64,000 nucleotides of DNA from Macrostomum lignano (lineage: Eukaryota), in contig NIVC01000211.1 in the NCBI GenBank assembly GCA_002269645.1, positions 620,001 to 684,000 on the forward strand, written 5' to 3'. Below, piece by piece: positions 12,931 to 23,220 of the stretch. Below the pieces are notes generated by a model. The model searched no databases. It had not been told where the DNA came from and was given only the letters and a program-made list of their open reading frames with translations. Both the position numbers and the translations under genes were made by a program. Position 1 is the stretch's first letter. Each line of letters opens with the position of its first letter.

Positions 12931-13702
12931 AAATGAATAATACTGTCTGCGTCATTTCGAATCTTGTATAATAATTTCAATGCACATGTGCACATGTAGA
13001 GCAGTTAATCAGATGTGATCGCAAGGCCTTGGAGATTTAAATTTTTGAGCAAGTCATTTTAATCAAATGTTGAGCGTATCGGTTTCAGCAAATGACTAAA
13101 AAAGGAAAAAAATAAGTAACTTAGAAAAAATAAATTATTAAAAATGTTAAATAATTTTTCACAAAAAATAAAATTTACTCGATGCTTTCATTTTCCTAGC
13201 AAATCTGGTTCTGGAATCGGAATTTACTCCGATTCCAGAGTAGACTTTGTGAAAAGGCTATTAGAGATGTTCTATCTCATTGAAATCAAAATTTGCTAAC
13301 TTTCCAAAATTAAAATTGAAATTTTCCAAAATAAAAATTTAGAAAAACAAAGTTTAATATGACTAACACTCACTTTTTACTTTCAATTTACTGCTAATTC
13401 AAAATGAAATACATGTACCAGGTATATATAGCAGAAATTAGTTTATTTTTAGCAAATTTTTAGACACTTCCAAAATTTTGACTTCTAAATTTTTTTAGAA
13501 ATTGAAATTCACTCTTTGCTGTCCACATTTTTACAACTTTTTCCTGTAGGGTTACTATTGTGTAGTGCTAGTATATTTACTATTGTAGAAATTGTAAAAT
13601 CAATTGGCACTTGGTGACTGACAGTGAAAGTATTGTAGAACTTTTGGCATGATAATTGATAAATAATTAATAATTTTAATGAAAATTACTAATTACCAAC
13701 TA

Positions 13703-13890
13703 TGAGCTCATACATGCACAACTTTGGGAATCACTCGGCCATTTCTATTGGCAACACGCACATGTGAGTTGCTATTGGCTGAGAGCAGTCACGTGACTAC
13801 TTTTCTATCCAATAGTGACTCACATGTGTATGTTGCCAATAGAAATGGCCAAGTGAATTGCAAGGTTTTGCCCAAGCATGTATGAGCTTA
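13703..13890. mobile_element. Palindromic Tc1/mariner-type MITE
   Basis: TA on both sides (13701-13702, 13891-13892). Termini TGAGCTCATACATGC / GCATGTATGAGCTTA. Internal 47-bp inverted arms around a central AGTCACGTGACT palindrome. Confidence 0.8.
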
Positions 13891-15379
13891 TAATTATACT
13901 ATTTTAATCTAAAAACTTATTTAAAAAAAGAAAATATCTATTTTTTACTTTTATTGACTAAAAATGAAATATTTACATTACTTTCTATAAATGATGTCAC
14001 TATTTCATTTGTTTTAAAAAAAATTTTATTGTTTGCATATTTAAAATTAAAAAAGTATCAGACTATTAGACTAAAAGGAACATTTGAGAATTGAATTAGA
14101 AGTTACCAAAGTCCAATACTGCAATGTTAAAGCCAGGAATTTCAATTGGAAAGGGCAGGTCCGAGGTTGGCTTGGCTAGCCATGTCTCATACCATTGCCA
14201 TTGCCACTTTGCACATATATCAGCATTATGCAACATGCTATACCATAGTGATGGCCAATGGCCCAATCCCAATGTTATGTTCCATTTGCATAATGGTATT
14301 ATAATGGTATTGCATTGTATTGCATCATGGTTCTTGTTCCTCTCTTTGCTTGGTTTTTGGTACCTGCCATGCCTAACCCTACTCCCCAAGTGATTGGAGG
14401 GGGGCAGCAGCCCTTGGCTATGCCACTGCAATACTGTCAAAAAAATTTTTGGTTTCTAATACTTTAATACACAAAAGGTATCATTAATAGTATTAAAGTA
14501 TTGGAATTATACCCAGCACTGGTCAATAGTATATTGTTAGGTAGGGGCCCAACTGAATTTGTCAATAATGCTTTGACAAAACTATTATCAATAGTAACGT
14601 AATATTGACGAATTTGGTAGTACCCCCCATATATATTATTTATAGGGCCTATACGTATATTAGCATTTATAAGCTAAAGAAACAATTTATGTTTTAACAT
14701 ACACTAATACACAATTGACAATCCTGACCCTAGTACTCTACTTGGCCCAATTCTAAAAAGCCTAGAGAATCTAAAAGCCTAATTTGAATTTAAATTAAGA
14801 TGACATAAGTTAAGCTTGCCTTTTAGCTTTTGCCTTAAATAACACTAACAAAGAAAAGTGCCCTAGGTTTTTTTTCATCCATTAACTTTGCACCCTGTGC
14901 TAGATTTCACGGTGCAATTTTCAAGACCAGGATGCAGTCAAAAACTGGTCTAACATAACACTACTCGATGTCCATAATACTAAATTGTGAAATCCTAAGA
15001 TGTCGACATTGAATATACTGTATATCTTATACACAGTCTATAAGAAAGCGTTTATGTGCTTTTTATGGAGTTCTCAAACTCTACTAATGATAAACTGAGT
15101 TTAATATCTGATTAAAAAGATAATAACTTTCTTTTGGTTGGATTATATTAACGATAGAAAAGTAGACAAAGCAACATTAATTGAATCGTAAAATCTCTCA
15201 CAGCCACCAATGATGAAGTAGAAGCGTCTTGCTGACTGTCGTGTACACTAAAAGAGTTGCGGGAGGGGGGACAGTGTGCATGGCTATGGCCAATATTTAA
15301 TTAACAGCTCCAGCAACTGGGATCTGGGAGGCTGGCCCAGCAACTGACATTCTGGGAGGCTGTGGCCCGACGAAGTCAA

Positions 15380-15960
15380 CAACACAACAACAACAAAATA
15401 CGCTGTCATGATGGTAAAAGTCAGCGTCACAGGGCGCGCTTCATGGCTTGGGCGCGAACAAAGGCCGCGCCACCGGCAGTGTCCGGGGCGCCGGCGTCAG
15501 CCAGCAGACAGTCGACATAACGCCGAGTTCGCGCTTGACCTCGCCGGTAGGGTGCCTGCAGCGTGAGCAGCAGCACCTCCTGCACCGGCTGTGGGCAGTA
15601 CGACTCGGCGCGGATGAGATGGCCTGCGAGCTGGAGTCGCCGACGGCGCAGTAGATCACTTGGACGTGGCAGGCCAGCGCGGCGATAGAGTGCCGCGTTG
15701 GTGACTCGCTCGACGCCGATGTTGAAGGCGGCGCGCAGCAGACCAGCGTGCGCCGCATCGACTTGCTGTTCGAGTGAGTCCGTCAGCGTCCAGGTCTCGG
15801 CGTTGTACAGCAGGACGGTCTCGATTACCGCCTGGAACAGCGCCGCCCTCTGGCGGTCCGGTAGGGCCTCGGACTGCAGGACTGCCCTCACAGAACGAAA
15901 GGCAGCCCAGGCAAGCCCGCGGCGGCGTCGCAGGTCCTCGCGAGCGTCTGGACTTCGCGA
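15380..15960 (-). mobile_element. 5'-truncated RTE-clade LINE
   Basis: C-terminal ORF ...FQAVIETVLLYNAETWTLT...LLRAAFN...TNAALY...RRRLQLAGH is the typical RTE post-RT region. (TTG)n 3' tail. 10-bp TSD ACGAAGTCAA at 15370-15379 and 15961-15970. Confidence 0.88.
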
Positions 15961-17129
15961 ACGAAGTCAAACATGAAGCCAGAAAACTGATCTCGTCCTG
16001 CGAGGTTTGAACCAATTTTTTACATGTAGTACGAGTATGCATGTAGTATGTCAAACGTACTGCGTATTAGCTATAAATGAATTATCACACCTGCAAACAG
16101 CCCGCATAACGGTAAACGAGTGAGCAAACAAGGCATCTCTCTGCAAATTCACCAAGACGCGATTACATTTCACGATATTTGACTTCAGTTTAAATGCAAT
16201 TGCTGCTTCATTTAATTAAAGCCAGCTCCCTATAAATAGCTGACGAAGTTTTTTATCGGTTCCATTTTTTCCTGTCGCACCAACGGCCGAATCCCTGAAG
16301 CTGAAGGCGATTGAGTTGCCCTTGAACAATTGCAAAGCATTCTAACCATCCCTTGATGAAGTTGTAGTTGGCATTTGGTCGTACTCCGAATCGTAGGCAT
16401 TGAAAATTTTCAGCACTGCAGGTGTTGAGATCAAGGTTGTGACTTCGCTTCTTCATTTGAGTCACATTTCTATGCGCGTACAAGTTGCATTCGGAACTTT
16501 GCAGCGCAAAGCCAAGGTTTATTTCAGCAGCCTCATTTAAAGGACCCAAAGAAAACGCACCAGGGATGCTGACGTAGTTATAGTAGCCTTCTGAGTTGGG
16601 TGGATGGTAACGGAAAACAGCACGGGTGTCTCTGCGTACCAGCATAGCATTGCCAACACGTTGAGCAGTGAAACATTTTGTAAACAGATTGCACAGTGTT
16701 GCTGAAAAATGAAAATAAAAGAAAACATAAGGCTATAGTTATGGTGATAGTAGAATTAAGGATTGACATTTGCAGCTATTGAAACTTACTTCTTGTGTAA
16801 AAATAGTCTGGCTCGAATGAACACGGTCACGTTGGGCTCGGGCACAAACAGGTCCTCGATTCCGTCGGCCGTGCTCACACCGATGAAGGAGCCAGACTCT
16901 CCCGTCACGAACGCGCCCGCAGACCGGTTGAGCACAGCCGACACGAGCACCGGAGTGTGCGGATTCCGGTGCACAGGCGCCAGGTTGAACGAGCCCACAC
17001 GGAAGTGGTACAGAATCCGCAGCAAGCTCACCGCGATGCTGCTGGGCAGGTCGGTCGTGTGAGCTGCAATTCGATAACGATGTAACGATGTGAGCACACC
17101 GGTGCCTGCATGGACTCGCCAGTGAATGA

Positions 17130-17555
17130 GCTGGGCACAGCTGCAGTCACTCACTGCATGGGCACAGCTGCAGTCACACACTGCATGGGCACAGCTGCAG
17201 TCACACACTGCATGGGCACAGCTGCAGTCACGCACTGCATGGGCACAGCTGCAGTCACGCACTGCATAGGCACAGCTGCAGTCACGCACTGCATGGGCAC
17301 AGCTGCAGTCACTCACTGCATGGGCACAGCTGCAGTCACGCACTGCATGGGCACAGCTGCAGTCACACACTGCATGGGCACAGCTGCAGTCACGCACTGC
17401 ATAGGCACAGCTGCAGTCACGCACTGCATGGGCACAGCTGCAGTCGCGCACTGCATAGGCACAGCTGCAGTCACGCACTGCATGGGCACAGCTGCAGTCA
17501 CACACTGCATGGGCACAGCTGCAGTCACACACTGCATGGGCACAGCTGCAATGCA
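17130..17555. repeat. 27-bp minisatellite (GGGCACAGCTGCAGTCACRCACTGCAT)n, about 15 units, intron 1 of copy A
   Basis: Direct periodicity. Same unit as at 35.3 kb and 56.7-57.9 kb. Confidence 0.95.
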
Positions 17556-18059
17556 CACACTCATGCATGCTCAGGCCTGACAGAATGACTTCTCACCCTG
17601 CTGGAACTTTGCCAGCCTCCGCCTGTTCACAAACGAGTCGCACTGCCCTACTCTCCTTGCATGGATAAATCATGGATGAAGCATCCATGATGCCATGTAT
17701 GGATCATACCTGAACATGTATGGAGCCATACCTGATCATACATGGTTCCACGTAAACTTCATCCATGGTTACTTTCCATCCATGTACATTGATGTATGAT
17801 TTTAAATATAATTTTCCTTACTACACTACTGTTAGTAGAACGCAATGTTTGCGTAGGTTCATTTTAAAGCTGAAATTTTCTAAACAAATTCGGCAGCATC
17901 TTTAGTGCTGCTGAGAAATATGTTTCCATTCCCTTATAAATCACTTTCAAAACAAAAAAGTATCAGAACAAATACTTATGCAATTAAATGTAGAAGTAAT
18001 TGAAAACTCGTATGATGACCATTTCGAGACTTATATTATTAATGATAATTAGGCATAAT

Positions 18060-18535
18060 TCATTTCAAAGTACTGTAAGAAAAAATAAGACAGCTCAGTC
18101 TCAGAGAGCTTTAAAATACAGAATGGACAGAATTTGACGCATTTCAAGGTACTGTAAGAAAAAATAAGACAGCTCAGAGAGCTTTAAAATACAGAATAGA
18201 CAGAATTTGACGCATTTCAAGGTACTGTAAGAAAAAATAAAACAGCTCAGAGAGCTTTAAAATACAGAATAGACAGAATTTGACGCATTTCAAGGTACTG
18301 TAAGAAAAAATAAAACAGCTCAGAGAGCTTTAAAATACAGAATAGACAGAATTTGACGCATTTCAAGGTACTGTAAGAAAAATAAAACAGCTCAGAGAGC
18401 TTTAAGATACAGAATAGACAGAATTTGACGCATTTCAAGGTACTGTAAGAAAAAATAAAACAGCTCAGAGAGCTTTAAGATACAGAATAGACAGAATTTG
18501 ACGCATTTCAAGGTACTGTAAGAAAAAATAAAACA
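18060..18535. repeat. 73-bp tandem repeat, about 6.5 copies, inside the EnSpm element
   Basis: GACGCATTTC recurs at 18136, 18209, 18282, 18355, 18427 and 18500. Confidence 0.95.
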
Positions 18536-18865
18536 GTAAATTTTACTGAACAGTCAATAAATAGAATTAGCCGAATTCGGTACGCATTAAGGGCAAGGGC
18601 CGACTAATCCTTTACGAAACGAAGTTAATGCTGCATTAGTCAATTATTTGCGCACAGAAACTTGGAGATTTTGAATATGGAGAGATCGGACAAAGAGAGG
18701 TAACGGTGGGAGTCTGAGAGGGAGGAAGTTGGGCATCTGGAAAGTTATTCTGATTCCCTGATGGTTTTATCTTGGTCATGGAGCATAATTTTATTTTCTG
18801 CCAGACTTTGCAGCATTAATAATAAAATAATCGGATCTAAGGTACGGACACATACTCGTACCTTT

Positions 18866-21166
18866 TTAATCATGTTCAAACTCTTTGAACAATGGCACAG
18901 CGCAATAACAGTCTTTGCTGAACGATTCTACTGGAACAGCGATGCAGGGTCGATCGACCTCTGAAAAATTAACTATACGTTCGCGTCTGGCCGATCTGGG
19001 CGCATTAGACAGGGATATCAATACAAAATTGAATGTCGAAGACTTTTTGAACATGGATTCCAGCAATGCTTTCCAATTAAGTAAATCGATGGGGAAAGTT
19101 GCTGCTGGTACTCGTAAAACAAAATCAAACAGCGAACCAATGGGATCCAAAATTTGCACTCGAATAGTATTAGGCTCGAGGAACTCTGCAATAGTGCAGA
19201 TTTCGCCGGACTTCAATTGGCAAAGATGGTTAGAATTTTTCGACGCACAAGCTGAGCTTGTCGAGAAAAAATGTCCATTAAAATAAGCAAGTGAGTTTCG
19301 AAGAATACCATGTGGCCTGGATGGCTCTAAAGATATAGAGTTAACTGCATCCACTACAATAGAGTCCTTAACACAAGAAAAGTAGTGATGTAGCAACTTT
19401 TGAAACAAAAACTTGCGAACAAGCTGTGGGCCAAATGACACAGTTCCGCATAAGAACTTTTTGAACATGCCAATGGAGCTCTCAAATGCGAACATAGAAT
19501 AATTAAATACAGGTCCGTACAATTCGTACTGTTCAGCCATATGCAAAAGCAGGTGGAAATTAAGGCGGAGTACTTTCGGTCCGAATATTTGCTGAGCATT
19601 GGAGATAAAAGCTTTGCATAGCTTTTCGATATCAGTCTTATTTGATTGGGGGCTATACAACATGTGATAAATAAGAACTAAATTAGTTAACAGCAGTTTC
19701 AATGGAAAATGCGAAATTCTCTGCAAAAACGTAGGAAGAAGAAAGTATAGCGCAAAGTTTTTAAAATGCTTTGCTTTCCAATCTGAAAAGCCTTTAAAAT
19801 TTGTGTTGATTGTGATGCTAGAAGGAGTTATAGATTGACGAATACAATTAGATATGAAATCCATGCAATTAGCTGAGCAAAAATACAACTCGCGCCTGTT
19901 TGCAGGTAATGACAGCTCTTCTAGTAGATACTTGGTGTGGCCTTCGAAAAAGCAGTGTAAACTGTCAATAGGATTGCAGCTGGGAAACGGAACATAGTCT
20001 AACAAGCAACTGCGCATCTTTACGCCAAAAACAGGCCGATTTCGAATTTGTGCGAGCCGACAGTGTTCAAGATGGGAAGATGGGTTTCTCAAAGGAAACA
20101 AGTAGCCTTCACCATAGCGGAAGATCCAGTTTTTACCTTTCTCGGATACTTTAAAGCTCTCACCTGGGTGCAAGCACCTAGGACAGCTAAACGCACCATT
20201 GTACTGGTGAATGCAGAAGAGCTTAGCAAGAGCGGGCAAGTCACAAACAAAGAGTGTGTAATGGACATGAACGGTGTATTCCGAGAATATAAACTGTTTT
20301 GGCAAATTGTTCATAATTTCAGACAGAAAAGACTGGAAATGCGGGACTGCCTTCGATGAAACAAGAGCAATTAGAATTAAATTTGCAAAGCGTTGACGGA
20401 TGTAAACAGGAAGGTTTAGAAGTTGAGCCTGAAATGGCCAAAAGCTACTCTGAACAGATTCAAAAAAATTGGCGCCATCAGCTGAGATTAGAAGATGCAA
20501 GTGAAGCGACTTGCCAGAAGATAGGCTTAAGCCTTGTTCTTTAACTATTTTGGAATTCAAAACGTCTGTGTTTTTATCCTTTTGCAATTCTTGCTCATAC
20601 TGCAGAATAGTTGAAGTGTGGCTGCTTAAGATAGTCCGCAGCTGTGGAACAATATTGAGCTGTGTCACAGCAACCTTTGACTTTGGGGAATGAACCTGAC
20701 ACTGGCTTTTGCATTCTGGGCAAAAGCCAAATTCAGACACGTCACTATCATCAAGAGGGCAAGTATCTTGAATCAATGATTTGAGCAACTTGACGCTATT
20801 TGGAAGAGCTAGAGAATCTCTACTAAAAATAGAAAGTAGCTTCAGGAGTCTATCAAGAGCAGCCTCTGAAACTCCGGAAGTAATTGCCCACTGAAAAATC
20901 AGAGCCGCCTGCACACTGGGATCTGAGATGGAAGCCAAATTCGCTAAGCTATCTGAACTCTCCTCAAGCACAGGCACAGCATTGTTTTCACCAATAAAAG
21001 TTTCCACAGCGTCAGGACAGCTGTGCGAGTGCGTTACACCGGCTTCGCTTGAAATTGAACTCCTATTACTTGTAGAAAAACTATTTGAGGGAGAAGAAAT
21101 CGCCTGACAAGAGTAGGCTGAGTAATTAGTAGAAAGAGAGTGCTCAGATTCTGATTTACTAGACAT
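18866..21166 (-). CDS. EnSpm/CACTA-family transposase, 766 aa, uninterrupted
   Basis: Motifs ISADGANFFES..SSFWPF...LLNLPVYIR...NLIL, FVCDLPA...YNGAFSCPRC..PG, PIDSLHCFFEGH and W(K)AKHFKNF, characteristic of the CACTA-type transposase family. ATG at 21166, TAA at 18866. Confidence 0.88.
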   Translation of the reverse strand: MSSKSESEHSLSTNYSAYSCQAISSPSNSFSTSNRSSISSEAGVTHSHSCPDAVETFIGENNAVPVLEESSDSLANLASISDPSVQAALIFQWAITSGVSEAALDRLLKLLSIFSRDSLALPNSVKLLKSLIQDTCPLDDSDVSEFGFCPECKSQCQVHSPKSKVAVTQLNIVPQLRTILSSHTSTILQYEQELQKDKNTDVLNSKIVKEQGLSLSSGKSLHLHLLISADGANFFESVQSSFWPFQAQLLNLPVYIRQRFANLILIALVSSKAVPHFQSFLSEIMNNLPKQFIFSEYTVHVHYTLFVCDLPALAKLFCIHQYNGAFSCPRCLHPGESFKVSEKGKNWIFRYGEGYLFPLRNPSSHLEHCRLAQIRNRPVFGVKMRSCLLDYVPFPSCNPIDSLHCFFEGHTKYLLEELSLPANRRELYFCSANCMDFISNCIRQSITPSSITINTNFKGFSDWKAKHFKNFALYFLLPTFLQRISHFPLKLLLTNLVLIYHMLYSPQSNKTDIEKLCKAFISNAQQIFGPKVLRLNFHLLLHMAEQYELYGPVFNYSMFAFESSIGMFKKFLCGTVSFGPQLVRKFLFQKLLHHYFSCVKDSIVVDAVNSISLEPSRPHGILRNSLAYFNGHFFSTSSACASKNSNHLCQLKSGEICTIAEFLEPNTIRVQILDPIGSLFDFVLRVPAATFPIDLLNWKALLESMFKKSSTFNFVLISLSNAPRSARRERIVNFSEVDRPCIAVPVESFSKDCYCAVPLFKEFEHD

Positions 21167-21186
21167 AAAAATAGCAATTCAAATAT

Positions 21187-23220
21187 TCAAAAGTTACTAG
21201 AATTTTTTCCGCAATTCACGGTCCCATTCGCCTTGAGCGGGAAATGGAATCCCCTGACTCGGGTCCAGAAGCAGCAGTTGAAGTTCGCTTTCTCGCCCGT
21301 GTCTCCTCCCTGGCCAGCTGATTGAGATGGTCTCGTACAGACTTCCAGATTTCGTGGAAGTCGTAGCCAGATGTTCGATAGCACAATTGAAGCAAACCTG
21401 AAAATTCACGAGTATAGTAAAATATTTTTACAATAGACATTGTGTACTGTGTTTATAGTAGAAATAGGCTAAATTTAAAAGGAAGTTGATTTATGATGCT
21501 AATCATTAAATAGGTCAATGGGATGTATTGAACTTTAGAACTATTTTTCCTCAATTTCTTTTATCTCAGACCTAAATGTGTTTTTTTAGAAAATATCCCA
21601 AGTATTGGATTCAGATCATTTAGCATTAATTAGCCTAAATTGCTTTATAATAAAAAAATTGCACAAAACTGTGAAAAAATTATATATATATATTTACGTT
21701 GAAACTCTGTCACATGCTCAGATGGAGCAGGCCTTCGGGAACTGCGAGCACCACAGGATGAATCGATTATATGCTCAAGCAAGTAGCCTTCGCCAAATCG
21801 CAGCTTGATATACCTTCGGAGGAACACCTTAGGATCGTTGCAAAGAATTGAAGACAGCTCAGCTAGGGAACCATCAATGCACCTAAATTCCTAAAAAATG
21901 TTATTATATAGTAGAACTTTTATACTACAGACGTGATGCTGCTGATGCTAAGAAAAAACTGACATACCTCATTTTGGTATTCTTTAATTGTTAGCATTCC
22001 ACCAAAGTTGTCATCCTTTTTTAAAAGTCGGCATATCCTTGCAGCAAGACGCTTCTCAAGAGAAAGCAACTCGGATTGAATGAACAGTTTTAGATCTAGA
22101 GTAAGATATATGCTCATATATAAAAATATGGTGATTTTGATTTTTAATAATGTGATTGTATCATATTAAAAAAATAAAATTATACCTTTCATTGTTGCAT
22201 CCGATTCACTGTTTACTATCTGTACCCCTCGGAGGGGTTGCACTTCTTGAATTGCACCTAGTGATAAAAAAGGCTTATTGCTACAAAAATATTGACTCAT
22301 TTGGTATTTGGTTTTCAATTAGGTGTAATAGAATATACAAACTTGATTCCAAGAGGCCTGTGGCACGAGCTTGCTCATTTTCAACCAAAGATGCCTCTCT
22401 CTCAAATGCAGAAATGGCTTTTTCTAAAAAATAATAATTAATCAAATAATACAACAAAAAAAACAAATTGCAAACAATTAATAGTTCATATATATTGCAG
22501 TTTTACCCATTGATTGAGTAGCTGGTATCGCCAAATTTGGTTCGCCACTTTCACTATCCACTTCATAAAGCTCGTCAAGTAGTCCATGCTGATGACAACT
22601 AGAACTTGAAGCAACCTGCTTTGAACTAGATGACCTTATTGTCCTTACATTTGCAATGCCAGCTTGGGGATCTTTCATTGCAAAAAGCTCAATAGCTTGG
22701 CTAATCAATGAATCAGTATTTTCAGCCTCACTAACCAAGTTGGAAAGTTGGTTCATAGTTGAAGCCATTTGCCTTTCACTACCTTTTGCCACAAGTGTAG
22801 CAGAAAATAGTTTGCCATACATGCGTAAAAAGACTTTAGTCCCCTAAAATATAATTTAATAAAGTAATATTACATTTGTAGTTGGAATAATTTGTTTTAG
22901 AAACCATGTACTCAATAACAAAATATTATGCATATAAATCCAACTTAAAATCTTACTTGTGCAAGTTCCAACTTTTCATCATTAGTTATTGTACTTGGCC
23001 AATAGGGAGACCCAAATGCAATGGTCACATATTGCTCATCATGGCCAACATTGTGAAGAATAAAGCAGAAAAACAATGCTGAATTGTCATTTCCAAATTT
23101 AGAAGTACTTTTTGTCTGCTTTCGAAGAGGCCTAGAATTAGATGCACTTAATCCAATATCATCCATAACAATTTGTTCTGAAAAAGTTTCACAAGGAGAT
23201 AAGGTTTGAAGAATCAATCA
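21187..23220 (-). CDS. Probable multi-exon accessory gene of the EnSpm element (TnpA-like role; product not recognised)
   Basis: A series of short same-strand ORF segments (23217-22945, 22822-22478, 22466-22281, 22117-21920, about 21890-21700, 21409-21197) separated by AT-rich GT-AG-like gaps, upstream of the transposase and inside the TIRs. Exon structure is not resolved. Confidence 0.45.

Larger units (their letters stand above)
5213..13260. mobile_element. PIF/Harbinger transposon (transposase + Myb/SANT gene), interrupted by a Gypsy element
   Basis: TTA target duplication at 5210-5212 and 13261-13263. Imperfect TIR TAGGCTTTTCATA / TGTGAAAAGGCTA (11/13). Two convergent genes typical of Harbinger. 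Confidence 0.85.
4416..14521. mobile_element. hAT-type non-autonomous DNA transposon, host of the Harbinger/Gypsy nest
   Basis: Perfect 8-bp direct repeat GTCAATAG at 4408-4415 and 14522-14529. Termini TAATGTTGGG / CCCAGCACTG (reverse complement CAGTGCTGGG, three transitions). Both ends carry clusters of CAATAC/GTATTG subterminal motifs. Confidence 0.7.

Noticed and set aside
17130-17555. CRISPR-like appearance of the 27-bp arrays (also at 35.3 and 57 kb) and the 73-bp array
   Set aside because: Units are head-to-tail with no unique spacers, there are no cas genes, and the context is eukaryotic and intronic.
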